Shown here: positions 1 to 12,210 of the stretch, piece by piece
Layout of the letters: every line of letters starts with the position of its first letter
Numbering within the stretch: the first letter of the stretch is position 1
NCBI RefSeq assembly: GCF_009834535.1
Contig: NC_045697.1
Location: forward strand, 48,734,001-48,798,000
DNA: 64,000 bases
DNA from: Camelus ferus
Taxonomy: Eukaryota
Direction of reading: 5' to 3'
Notes under the pieces: generated by a model
The model's database searches: none
Told to the model about the DNA's origin: nothing
What the model saw: only the letters and a program-made list of their open reading frames with translations
Program-made: the position numbers and the translations under genes

Positions 1-978
1 TCACCTTCAGGTGAAAGAACGCCAAATAAAACTTGAAAAACCAGCCCTGGATCCCTCTCTCCATATGTGTTTTGTAATCTAAGCAGTTCATATTTTCTTT
101 TTTACCTTTTACATGGTATAATAATAAAATGAATGCCCAGAATAATAAAATAAATATTCAAGTCACCTTGGGATCCAGAACATTACCACGACCATTGCAG
201 CCACCTGCTCTTTTCCACCTCATATTTCCATTTAAGTAAAAGCATCTCTAGGTGTACGCATTGACATTAGGCACAACTCCGGACAAAAGTTTCAATTCAA
301 AGATCATACAAAGATAAAAGCTGAATTCAAATTATCGTGAATAAGGGAAAAGATAATTAAGTATTTAAACCTTTGACTGTGATGGGGTGAAATAATGTAC
401 AATCGGCACTCTCAGTAAACACTTCTTTTCATGTAAACTCAAAGCTAAATGGGAAGACCACACCTTTTCTTGAAAACTGAGATGATAGTCACAGGTTCCC
501 TTTCTTTCTACAAATGCTGGCAATGAGAATAGAGAACTTGGCTACCAGTTCCTAGGTAAGTGGCCATTCCTCGTGAGAAACAGAAACTGTTACCCTGAGA
601 TTCCCTGGGGAAATGGGGAAGCAAAACCATGAAGCACACAACACAAAGCAACTGCTAACCTGAATGAGATAAAAACCCACTCTAAACACATTCATCAGAA
701 GAAATATGGTGACTGTATATATAGGAGAGAGAATGATTGAAAATCCCCACACAGAAATATTGATAGTACACTGCATTCCACGAGGTCCTCAAATTATGAG
801 AATTTTCATGACAATTTAGAGAAATGGGCTTAAACTTAATATGTGGTTGGTTACTAATATTTCTTTATAAACAGATACATACAACATAACATGAAAAAGA
901 CACCAGCGAAAGGCTTGTCAGTTGAGAATCCTGCAATTCGAGATTCTAAATCTCATTCTAACATAACAGTGAGCTTAC

Positions 979-1160
979 CTTGGGGCAAAGATAAATAGCC
1001 TAGATAGCAACCCTCTGGGCAACTGCGTGTCACACTCAGGAGTGGCATAAAAAGCCATTTCACCCTGCTCCTGCTCTTTCTGCTCCTCCTCCCAGAGCTG
1101 CAAATTCTTCCCAACAATTCCACGCTCCTCCGTCACACAGCCGGAACCGCCTAGAACTCA
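979..1160 (-). other. Candidate alternative first exon of the minus-strand gene, with ATG at 1058 (MAFYATPECDTQLPRGLLSRLFIFAP, then phase-2 donor)
   Basis: Consensus donor CCAAG|GTAAGC at 979/978. ATG in strong context (G at -3, G at +4), with 80 nt open to the donor. Octamer ATGCAAAT at 1170-1177. The 5' boundary is a guess. Confidence 0.4.
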
Positions 1161-2439
1161 CTAAGCTTCATGCAAATGGGAGGGACTCATTCCCAGCCAC
1201 CTCTGTAAATTGCCAATTAAAATTTAATTTTAATTGCTCTCTAAGAGGGAAGAAAAGTGAACCTTAGTGACTCTTCCTGAGAAGAACCAGCACCTTAGAC
1301 AATAGCACATGGCTTGGAAATGCCAGAATTCTATTCTGTGCACAGGAGGAGGAGGGAAAGAAGGAAAACCATTTGCTGATAAAATGCATCAGACTGCGAT
1401 CAGGACATTTCCTTTCTAATTGATCTTCTCTGCCAAACCTGCACCCTCCTCCACATGCAAAAAATGCCACTGTCTGCAAAAATGCATGTTAATTGCTTGA
1501 AACTTCCCCCAGTTTGGAAGACCACTACAGCAAGGGGGCAATACCAACATCCACTGAGGCCTCCCGAGGCACGCTGTTCTGAGCGTGCTAAGTGAGCAGC
1601 ACGGGGACAGAACTCACTGCCAGCAGGAGTGCAAGTGCCAGCTGAGCTCACCTTGCTGCCCAAATGAGAACGGATTCAGAGTCAAACCCTGAGCTTCCAT
1701 TACCCATTCATCTCCATTTAACTTTACAGAGCACATAACACGAGGTATGGCTTAATGGTTAGAGGAGTCGGTCATCATAGTGACGGTGGTGACTGGTGGT
1801 GGAAGGTAAGGGAGGGGTGAGAGTTCATGGAGGAAAGCAATGGCTTGGAAAATCTTGAGTTTTAAGCTGGAACATTCTGTCTCTTTAACTCACTCATTGA
1901 ACCACCCTAGCCTAAGGCTTGACAGATTTTAGGGAGAAGTTTTTGCCGAGATAAGTTAGGTCATAGGGCTCTTACTGACAAGTTAGACAAGAGAGAATTC
2001 AGGGATCTAAGCAGGAAAGGAAGGATGAGATTGGATGTGTGAGAATATTAAGCCCTGGACCACTAAGAGCATCACTCTCTCTCTCTCTCTTTAACTTGGT
2101 GGTTTGGCTGGTCCCTGAATACACCTGGAGGGAGGGAGTGTCTTCTTTTTTCTTATAAATAAGTGAGAAAATCCTTTCTGGCTATTTTTTCTCGATGAAA
2201 AAGGAGCTACATATACCCATGACCCACTGGACTTGGAGTTGGCTCATAAGGTGATCCCAGTCCTTTTCAATTCCAAAATCAGTGTAGGCTTCTGTGACCT
2301 GTCATGAATTAGACTTGCTCCCTGCCCACTACTAACCTTCTACCTCAATACTTGTAAGACTCCTAAGATGATAAGCACATCATGTCTGCTCTCCTTAAAG
2401 ACAGCACCTCACCCCTTTCCATATTTCAAAACAGGATTT

Positions 2440-3362
2440 AGACCACAGTCAGCTTCAAAGAACTCTGAGCAATAAAATAAATGAGAGTATTGGATTATAA
2501 CCTACAGAAAAAGGTAACATGAAGGAATCCTTACTGATAGAAATAGTTGGATAAATAAATAAGTGGAGGGAAGAGACAGCTCTTCCTTACAGAAGACTTC
2601 CAATTAATAAACGTGGAAGGAATGAAGGAAATACAATTCATCTTTAGAACATTACAGTAATAACTTGCAGCAAATATCCATCGATAAATGCTAAACTCAA
2701 TGGGAGAAAGTTTGAGGAGAAACAGAATATTCGCATAGCCTAAAGATCTCTCCCCCGAAGATATGTATCAATTACAAGGAGACAAATAATAACTCTACAG
2801 TGAAGAAACCTGGCAGACTTCACCTTAACCAGTTATCAAGGTTAACAGCACCAGTAAACACCACGTAACCCCGGAGAGGACGCACCAAGCACACAGCCCT
2901 TCGGTGGTATTCTTGCCAAAAATACATAACCTCAAACCAACCATGAGACAGTATCAGACAAACTGAAACAGAAGGCATTCTACAAAAGACTGGCCCATAC
3001 TCTTCAAAAGTGTCAAGGTCACAAAAAACAAGGAAAGACTGAGGAAACACGATTAAAGGAGACTAAGGAAACATGACAATTAAACACAACGTAGGATCCT
3101 GGAATGGAAACAGGACACTGGCAGGGGAAAAAAAAAAGGTGAAATCTGAATAAAGCCTATAGTTTAAAAAGTCTTATAGTCTGTACTTAATAGTATTGAC
3201 ACCCATGCTAATTTCTTAGTTTTAATATTTATACTATGGTTTTAAAAGATGTTAACATTAGGGAAAGCTGGGTGATGAGTGGATGGGAAATCTCTGTACT
3301 ATTTTCACAACTTTTCTATGAGTCTAAAGATATTTCAAAATAAAAAGTAAAAAACAAAACAG
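2440..3362 (+). mobile_element. Old L1 3' end (L1MD/L1ME-like), 5'-truncated
   Basis: Typical old L1 3'UTR motifs (GAAGAAACCTGGCAGAC, TCTTCAAAAGTGTCAAGGTCA, TCTCTGTACTATTTTCACAACTTTTCT) and an A-rich end. ACAGGATTT flanks it at 2431-2439 and 3363-3371 (possible TSD). Confidence 0.8.
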
Positions 3363-4636
3363 ACAGGATTTGGGATCTGAGTATAATTGGATGAGAACCA
3401 CACCAGCTTCCAAGTTTACTGCTACATCAGTAACACTTGGGTTGCAGAGACCTCAGAGGATACGAAGGAATTATGAGGTGGACTATTGTAGGGGCTTATG
3501 ATATAATTGTGGCAAGACACATGCATGTAAAATTCTTCGAGTGTAAAATAGAGGAAAAATTACAGCCAATAGGACATGAGCAGGCGTCATGTATGCAACA
3601 TCCAGGTCATGACTTCTTCAAAAGGAAACTGCTTGCCTATCTGCTCCCTTGCAGCCTCCCATCATTTAGACAGACCGCAAGGGGCCAGCCTGGGCCATGC
3701 TGAGGGCAATCCCAACGTGTTTTAGAGACAATCTCTTTGTGGTTATAAAGACAATCTCTGCTTGGTTAGGACACCAACTGGATATACACTTAGGTTCATT
3801 TGTTTTATCCAACTGTTAAGGATTGCTCTGTAAAATATTTCAATTGCTTCAAGCTCAAAACCAGGTCTGTGTGATTTCACTGTTCACCCTCTTGGCTCCA
3901 ACTTAAGTCTCACCTCTTCTGGCCTTCATCATCCTGACTAATGGTCCCCAAATTACCCCCAAGTGCCCCGAGGCAGAAACTTAGGAGTCACACTCTTTAA
4001 CCTCTCTTCTTCCACTCTCATCTGCTCTTGATCTGCCTCCTGAGTTCATCCCAGATCTGTCTCATCTCTTGTCCCATCACCACTTGCTTAGTTCATGTCT
4101 TGGGCATTGTCCTCCGAGGCTGGAGCAGTAACTTCCTAACTACAGCTTTCCGGCCTCAAGTAGTTTGGCACTGACTTTGTTAACCTACACAGCTCGGTGG
4201 AGTCTGGTTAAATATAAGGCTCTGATCCTCTACGTTTTAAAGATCCTAAGAGGCCGCAGGGAACAGCAACAACCTTGGGGTTTCAGCTTCTTCAGGCTGA
4301 TCCTGAAGCCACCTTTCGCCAGCTGCCTCTCCGATAGAGGGAGCCCTCTGCAAATCTCAGCCTGCCCTCAACCACTATGTTCAAACTTCTTTTCAATCCT
4401 TTTTTCAAGTGAAATCTTACCAAGAACTTAACTGTAGACACCAGATACAAATGTAGTTTTGATTATATAAAATGTAACAAATATTTTAATGTGTATTTGC
4501 ATATCCACAGACATGGGTAACTGCATAAATCTAAATGTATAATGTTTATTTATTTATCACCCAAGCCCATGTGTCTACATGCAAGAACCCTCCCAAGCTG
4601 AAATCAGGGTAACTGGTAACAACGATGTGCTAATGA

Positions 4637-4860
4637 TGTGCTTATGATGTGCTGGGCACAGCTCTAAATGCTTTAGGTGTACTAACACTTTCAATCCTTT
4701 CAGCAACCTTAGGAGGTAGAATAGTTGTTAAACTCGTTTTACAGATTGGAAACAGAGCTTAAATAATGTGCCTGCAGTTATACAGTAAGCAGCAAAACCA
4801 AGATTTGGATTCTAGGCAGTCTGATTCCACAGACTGCATCTTACCCACTGCATTATACTG
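4637..4860 (-). mobile_element. MIR SINE
   Basis: Reverse MIR core TTTTACAGATTGGAAACAGAG and head GGATTCTAGGCAGTCTGATTCCA. Confidence 0.8.
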
Positions 4861-5440
4861 TCTCTCAGGCTGGCACACAGACTCGTGTCACAGTGATGAA
4901 AGGATGATGAGAATAATAACCACGACACCATTATGCCACCACCTAATATTTACTTCACCTGACATTTATTTCTCACTCCCCACAAGCAGGCTCTGTTCTA
5001 AGTGCTTTGAATACCGGCTCACATTGAATTCCCACAGTCGCCCTATGGAGGAGGTTCTGTTATGTTGATTGTTGCGGGGATAGAGTTGGGTGGCTATGAG
5101 CTCAAATAGCCTGAATTTGAATCCACCACCTCCTACCTAGATGCCTTTACACTATCCGCTCTGGTGTGAGAATCTGATGAGGTATGCAAAGCCCTAGCAC
5201 AGAGGAAGCACAGGCAAGTAGTTGCAAATTTTTATTAGGCTAACTTTGTAATCTCAGGACATCCCTCAATTAGAGATGAGATGTTTTAAATGAGTTATCA
5301 GTTCAGAAACAAATCAATCTCATACAAGTGAAGGTATTAGTCATTTATCAAGTGTAAGACCCTGGTATCTCTTTAAGAGTTTTTAATTATAGTTTTAAAA
5401 ACAGCTGTGAATGTATATTTTTAAAAAGATATTTGCATCA

Positions 5441-5771
5441 GACACGAACTATTTACAAAACAGAAACAGACTCACAGACATAGAAAACAAACTTATGGTT
5501 GGTTACCAGTGGGAAAGGGGGGTGGGAAGGAACAAGTAGGGAGTTCCAGATTTGCAGATACTAATTACTACATATAAATTAGATAAACAAGTTTCTTCTG
5601 TGTAGCACAGGGGACTATATTCAATATCTTGTAGTAACTTATAATGAGAAAGAATATGAAAAGAAATATATCTTTGTGTATGTATGACTGCAACATCATG
5701 CTGTACACCAGAAACTGACACACTGTAAGCTGACTATACTTCAATTAAAAATTTCTTATAATAAAAGAAAA
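5441..5771 (+). mobile_element. Lineage-specific (cetartiodactyl/camelid) L1 3' fragment
   Basis: AAACAGACTCACAGACATAGAAAACAAACTTATGG...GCTGTACACCAGAAACTGACAC, with an A tail. TSD AAAAAGATATTTGCATCA (5423-5440) / AAAAAGATATTCGTATCA (5772-5789). Confidence 0.9.
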
Positions 5772-6012
5772 AAAAAGATATTCGTATCAAATGATTTAAG
5801 GGACACCTGGATTACCTCCCAGGAAGGTTATGCTTCTTCAGAATCTGGCTTGAAAACGGTCATTAAGGTGGTATCCTCCTGATCTCTGAGTTTCCATCTG
5901 ACGTCCTCGTCTGGTCCCTTCTCAGCTCTCTAACTAGCCTGAATCCTGACCAGCCTTGCCCCCAGGTCCCTCTTCTTTGGAACCGCTCAGCACAGACCTC
6001 TGTGCCTCTTAC

Positions 6013-6144
6013 CTGTGCTTCAGCCGCAGTTTAACTCCTCCTGACCATGCTGCTCTCCTGTGTGGGGTATCAGAGGTGAGGTGCTCCGGGCTGAAGGAGT
6101 CAGAGGTGCCAGTATCTACAGGGCCTGGGTCTGCACACGCATCT
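6013..6144 (-). other. Internal exon (132 nt) of the minus-strand gene; 5'UTR or coding status unresolved
   Basis: Acceptor CTTCCTGTTTTCCTCTTTTTCCAG|A and donor CACAG|GTAAGA. Length is a multiple of 3. One frame (phase 2-2) is open: DACADPGPVDTGTSDSFSPEHLTSDTPHRRAAWSGGVKLRLKH. Confidence 0.7.
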
Positions 6145-6482
6145 CTGGAAAAAGAGGAAAACAGGAAGTTGAGTGTGATGGTATTCACGGGCAGGGGGCA
6201 TGAAGGATTTTGACACAGAAAAATGAATGAGAAAGAAGCCCGGGGCCAGAGCAGCACAGCTAAGTGCAGAGGGCGAAGCCTGCACCCACCCCGGTGCTCT
6301 GCCCCAAGGAAGGTGAATGAAGGTCTCCATCCTCTCCTGTGTTTCTGTGAAACAATAACGTATACTTCCCAATCAGAGAAGACCAGATTTTTCCAGCCAA
6401 GAGAGAAGAAAGATTATTAACTATGATGAAGGTGAACCCTCCTATATTTCAGTATCTATTATAAGTGAAAAACTGGACTCAC

Positions 6483-6790
6483 GAAGGCAAATTGTCAAAA
6501 GAAGTGGCTCCCTGAGGCAAGTCCCCGCTGGTTTCGCCGTACAGAGAGCGATCTCCGAGTGCAGCGGTCCTCGCTCTGTGCAGTGGGTGGCAGCTCAGAA
6601 GCACATGCCAACTCTTGAGCCCGAGCTATTTCAGATGGTTTAGATTCCGCTGCGCTGGAGGCAAGCCTTTTGTGTGTCCGTTTCAATCCACCCTCCACCC
6701 CCGGCCCCCCACACCATTCCCATAAATCTTGTCCTCCATACTCCCAGGGAGTCTGAGAAAAATGTTAAGCCCCGAGTGGCCAATGCGGTC
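6483..6790 (-). promoter_or_regulatory. Weakly CpG-enriched candidate alternative promoter/first exon
   Basis: Local CpG enrichment, GGCCAATG with CCAAT at 6780-6784, and donor TTC|GTGAGT at 6483/6482 about 340 nt before the 6144 acceptor. Confidence 0.35.
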
Positions 6791-7249
6791 CGCCACAGGA
6801 ACAGATGCATTTCTTCTCCTTAGGAGGGTCCTGGCTCCTGAATGTCCAAACACCCCGACTGCACCTTCAGGGCCTCCTCTTGAGCAGACTGTCCCCTGCG
6901 TCAGGCTCAGAGCGGGTTTGCCATGCTGGGTACCAGTGGTGTGTTTTCAATGTCTGTCTTTGAGGATCTTTCTAAGCCTTGGAGAACCGACTGGTAGCCC
7001 TTGCACCCCATCCTAGAAGCAGGAATCTGTAGACGGTACCATGCCTTCTGTCTCTCCTCTGCACAAGCCTTGGCTGAGACTGGTGGGATAACAAATGGTG
7101 TTGATTTCTTTGTATTTCAGGGAGGGAGATGATCATGGAGTCAGCAGGGACTAAAACTTTACCTTAGTTTTACCTGAGTGCCATCACTTCCTTTGTTACA
7201 TTACTTTGCTCACCAAATTTAAGATTCCTGGTTTGAATATATTCAGTAT

Positions 7250-7690
7250 TACCCTGGGGTGAAGTTTGAAAACCTGGTTGAGGTTCTGTCACTTGTGAGC
7301 TGAATGACACTGGGCAAGTGAACACTGAGCCTCAGGCTCTCCTTGTCAGTAATGTGAAAATAAGAGGCAGAGCACACAATGCTGGGAGCCTGGCCCTGGC
7401 CCTACCACTGACCAGCTCTGTGACCTTGACCTCTCTGTGCCTCAGTTCTCTCATCTCTGAAATGGGTACAAAGGCACAATGGCTTTCAGAGGGTCATTGA
7501 GAAACTTAAAGTAATTCCGGTAAAGCACTTACAATAGAGTCTGCAACATATTCAGCACTCAGCAAATGAGCCACTATTATTATACGTATCCTACAGAGTT
7601 GCTATAAAGTTTCTAGATAATGTCTATTAACTGTCTGGCATACTTCCTCCACATGGGGTATGAGCTTAATTAACAAATTATTTCCATTAT
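7250..7690 (+). mobile_element. Two nested MIR SINEs
   Basis: MIR core GAGCCTCAGGCTCTCCTTGTCAGTAATGTG is interrupted by a second MIR (CTCTGTGCCTCAGTTCTCTCATCTCTGAAATGGG, ~7390-7580). The outer copy resumes at ~7581. Confidence 0.7.
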
Positions 7691-9379
7691 TGTCTTCAAC
7701 AGTACCTTCATTTTAGAGTTCCTTTCAGCTAAGATGTCATGTGAAACAGACACAACTAAAGAGACCTAATTTATGCTGGAAATAATAGTGGGGAGAGCCT
7801 TGTCCAGAGTTAACACATCAAAGCCTTTTGCAGAATTCATCATGTGGTCTCCATTTAGGATTTCTCCTACAACCCTCAGCACACGAACCCCAAAGGCCAT
7901 CTGGCTTAAGCTGAAGTAGAAAATATATTCAAAGGCATCTCATCATCAAACCCATGAACATAAAGATGACACAAACATAAACAGCACATCTAAGACCGCC
8001 ATTGGTAGAATCCATCCTGACAGACAGCTTGCCTTTCCAGCTCTGCTCCAGACCCTGATGTTGTCTGCTGGGGGAACACTAACGGCCAGGTCTGGGCTTT
8101 CACAACAGCTTTGTGGCATTTAATAACTTCCTTTTTTTTTTTTTTTTTTTTTTGCATAAACCACAATTGTTGGCTCCCTCCTTTCTGCACAATGGCTGAG
8201 CCCTTTTCTTTTTCCTTGCCCCTGTGCCCTCTCTGGTAGGCCCGAAGGGACAGAAAGTCTGGGGTACAGGCTGTTGGAGGGAAGGGCTGGTGGGAAGACC
8301 AGGCAAATAGGAAAGAGATGGAAGGAGGAGGAACATGAGACTGTCTCTTCTTTTTAAGGCTTTTCAATGCAAGATTCTTTTCAGCCCTAGCAGAGATGAG
8401 TGCCAGCACTGCCCTCCAGGGCCATCTACCAACCTCCAGGGGACCAGCTGAGATTAACTACTAGGTGTGAGGGTTCATAAAACCTGTGTTGCATGTTTCT
8501 GACTGCAGTCCCCAGGCTAAGTCACAGAATAGCCTCCCTGGATGGGCTGGCTCCTGAGGCTCCTGAGTGGGCTGTCTGGGAGCCCTACACCAAGGAGGAA
8601 ACAGGCTAGAAGGAATGCAGGAAGAATCACCAGCACCCAGTACACACCTTTTCTGCCTTTAACGCTTTCTGGAATAACCTGGACAACAAATAAACATTTT
8701 TAAATGCACACATTCTAATGAAAAAATTTCCATTGTCACTCTTGCTGCCAAAACTTATGGGATGTTTTGGAGGGCTTTAAAAAATAGTTTCCTGCTGTTC
8801 TCCAAGAGATCACGAACTCTCAACATCACAAACTCTGAGTGAGGAAACAGGAATCACAGCTGATTTGAGAAGATTCAGCAGGGGCTAAAACAATGATTGA
8901 TCCACATCCCAGTATCATCTTTCCTTGCCAGAGAGTTAAGAAACAATAAATCCAGGCCAACCACCTACCTATTTCTACTTCCTCTGATAAGTACATACGT
9001 ATCTCCTCCCCAGTTTTCATAACTCCTGAATATACATGCTGATTGCTTTACTATTTGGTATTTTAATACAGTCCTTAACTGCTTTCTGAGCTGAGTTGCA
9101 GCCAACATTGAAGAAAAGGTTCCAGATTGTCCTGTTCCTGTAGTTCTCTTGAACACTGTGAAAAATGGGGGAGGACGGGGGAAAGCAGAGTGAAAGATGT
9201 CAGGAGCTGGGCTGGGCCTGATAACCTGGTCCCTCCAGATCCCTTGAGCTGCTGGTTTCTACTGAGTTTAAATGGGGCTGGGGGGACAGGGGCTCCTATC
9301 TCCTCAGCATGGACAGTTACAACCTTGGTTCTGAGAATCAGCAATTTCGTCCTTTCTATTGTGTTCTGCCCAGGAGGGA

Positions 9380-10458
9380 ACAGCATTCTCACCAGCCATA
9401 TCCACTCCTGTCCCCACTCCAACCCAGCACCTACCCAGCAGCCAGCACTGGTGACCTTTAAAAAATGTAAGTGGATTACTGCCATCTTCTAGTAAGACTT
9501 GTGTAGCTTCCTGTGCATTTTGGAGGAAACCCAAATTCCTTAACCTGGCTGCGAGGCCTCGAGTGCCCCGGCTGCTCCCCACTTTCAACATCTCCCCTCT
9601 CACTCGGCCTGTCCTCAGTGGCCTGCCCTGAGTGCCCCAAGGCCACCAAGCTCTTCACTCTCACAATGCGGTTCCCTCCACCTGGAAGAGTCTTCCTCCT
9701 AATTCTTCACTTGGCTGTGTTGACTGAAAAAAAAAATGCACAACCTAAAAGTTGAGTTATATTTTACTCAGCGGACATGTCTGAGGACTTAAGCCTGGGG
9801 TGACAGCCTCTAGGACTGCTCTGAGAGACCACTCCAAAGAGGCAGGGAGGAGTCAGGGTATGTAGGAGCTTTTGGAGTAAAGACCAGGTGGTCAGAACAT
9901 CAAAAGATTATTGTTAATCAAAGAAAGTGAGACATGTCAAGTTAGGGAATTTGGTGCTTTTCTATGTATGGGCAGGTGCCAAAGTCTGGGCTCACTGAAA
10001 TCATTCCTCTGATGTGCACCTAGCTATCTGGGGCCAGTCTCCTGTTCTTTCCATCCTGAGTTCCCTCCAGCTCACCCTGGGGGGAAGGGGGTAGTGGTCC
10101 TGGCTGATGACTTGATGTCAGCAGCATCCTTTGTTTACAGAGGTGGCAGGCACTTTCTCGTTCACAGCTGGCTCCTCCTCAGCCTGCTGGTCCCAGGTGG
10201 AACATCACCTCCTCAGAGACCGCCTCTTCTACCACAAACAGTCTTCCCGGCACCAGGTCTCCCCTTCGTCGCACTGAGGGCCACGTGTAAATGGTCACTT
10301 CTGCACGGTCTGCTTCCTCTACAGGCCAGTAAGCTCTACAAGGTCAGGACCCACGGCTGGCTTTTCTTCATTTTGTGGTTTTAAACCCCTCCATACCCAG
10401 GGCCTCGGACAGCGAGTGGCTCACAGTAGGCACACAATACAGATTTATAGAATGAATC
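9380..10458 (+). mobile_element. L2 LINE 3' region interrupted by an LTR
   Basis: L2 motifs GTTCCCTCCACCTGGAA, CATCACCTCCTCAGAGA, GTAAGCTCTACAAGGTCAGG and CAGTAGGCACACAATA...GAATGAAT. Confidence 0.75.
9718..10166 (-). mobile_element. ERV1-class solo LTR (MER41-like, cetartiodactyl type)
   Basis: TGT...ACA termini, 449 bp, perfect 4-bp TSD GCTG (9714-9717 / 10167-10170). The family name is recalled similarity only. Confidence 0.8.
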
Positions 10459-12039
10459 GTGGTTGACTGTAAAGGGAACAATTGTGTGATGCATCCCAAG
10501 TGGAGCTCTAGGCCCTTAAACTTGTAAAGCCATTGCATGTTTACAATACACATTTGGGGAAGGTGGGATCTCTTTTCTTTCAGTCACTCTCTATACAAGG
10601 TTGTGAGCCAGTTTCTTTGTGAAAGTAGAATTCACTTCTAACTTTTGGTCCGTGTCAGCAGCCGCTGGCTTTCGTGGAGTAGAGAGGACCAGTGTTGGGG
10701 GACTGTGGCCAAGCCTTTGGACAAAGCGCTGGCACAGCTCCCCGCAGTTTTGCCGCCTTATATTTTGAAGCAGCTAGAATGCTTTTTGAGATTAAGCAGA
10801 CAGAAGCACATTTATACAGGACTAAAGTGTCCTCAGAGCCCTTTTGAGAAATGCCTCTGGATTTAGGCCGGGTGCTTACAAGTAATCATTTTCATAATTT
10901 GCTTCGTGAAAAGTCCTGTTTGTGGTTTCCTGTGTTTCTGTTTTCTTTTTGTCCTGCTCCGCGTCCATCACGCAGGAAGCTGGCCCTAGCTTCCCTCCAC
11001 CCCATGAGCAGGCTCTCGAGTCGTCACCTTCGGCTCCCCAGCAATTTCCCCTTCAGTCTCCTGGAGGCGGGGAGGGCTTGAATTTTTTATTTTTCCAGTG
11101 TCTGGAGGAAGATTTTAAGAACTGACCCCCTTAGGCTCAGGTTTCTGTTCTTTGCCTAACCTGTTCTTCATTTTCTGATGACTGGGCATTAATCGAAGGT
11201 TTCACAGACATTCTCAATGAACTGCCCTTTCTTTAAAAGCCCCTTGTTCCTACTCCTGACCTTTTGGTACCTACATATTTATTTAGACTTAACCTTCTGG
11301 GTCACTGTCCCTTCATTACTCTCTTTTCTTGTTTTATAAATCATTATTTACCATCTGAGAATCTTGCTCTGTATTCCCTCAGGCCTGTATCCTGTCAGGT
11401 GCTTTCCATCATAGGCATGCCATTTACCTGTCCTTAAAACCTCTTCCTTTGCTCACCCACCTCAGTCGGCAGCTTGGTTATTACAAGAGGGCCGTACACA
11501 ACCCTTCTGCCATGCAGGGATGTGCTTTGTATGTCTCACTCCTGTGCCCAGCTGTTCCTCCGGCTCCTCTTGCCAACGCCTTTTCTCACTTGATTTCCCT
11601 TGAACCCTCCCAAATGGATCCATGTGTACAATTTACACCACTGACATCCAGCATGTTTCTGATTCTTTCTGAAACCATAAACCTAACTATCTCCAGATCT
11701 GAGCCAATGATCTCTATGTCAACCTTGCATGAATTCTGGAAAAGGGTGGATAGAAGAGAAAGCCTAATGACTAGCAGATCTTTTCACTTACCTATTAAAG
11801 ATTTCATCTGCTCCAGATTTACTTCTGATTTCAATCCCTCCGCTCACTGGGCCCTATGACATAGCTCGCCCAGGGCAAGTGCATAAGAAAACCAAGGGCC
11901 CTCATGCAAGGGCTTATGGTTAAAGTGGGGCGGACAGCCCTAGCTACAAACACTCAGAGCCTGAGCTTAAAGCACCTCCAGTAAGTGGCCGGCTGGAGAA
12001 CTTGAATGAACAATGCAGATTCTCAGCCAGCTGCTCAAG

Positions 12040-12210
12040 TTCCTAAGTCTGGCTCTGTCATCCAGTAGGTGTTTGGCTTAGGGCAGGTCACTTAACCTTC
12101 CGTGCCCCGGTTTCCTCCTCTATAAAGTAAGGATAATCATAGTACTCACATCAAAGAGTAGTTGTGAGGCTTGCGTGAATTAACATGTGCAAAGCACTCA
12201 GTGCCTGGCA
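12040..12210 (+). mobile_element. MIR SINE
   Basis: GGGCAGGTCACTTAACCTTCCGTGCCCCGGTTTCCTCCTCTATAAAG...CAGTGCCTGGCA. Confidence 0.8.

Noticed and set aside
1526..1544. CTCF-like motif CAGCAAGGGGGCA
   Set aside because: Imperfect match of a kind expected several times in 64 kb; needs ChIP data.
1652..1700. Minus-strand ATG...CAAG|GTGAGC mini-exon (MEAQGLTLNPFSFGQQ)
   Set aside because: Good donor, but it overlaps MIR-like sequence, ends in a different phase and has no supporting acceptor or promoter.
7990..8409. 139-aa minus-strand ORF with poly-lysine
   Set aside because: Non-ATG start, the lysine run comes from a T22 homopolymer, and there is no convincing donor.
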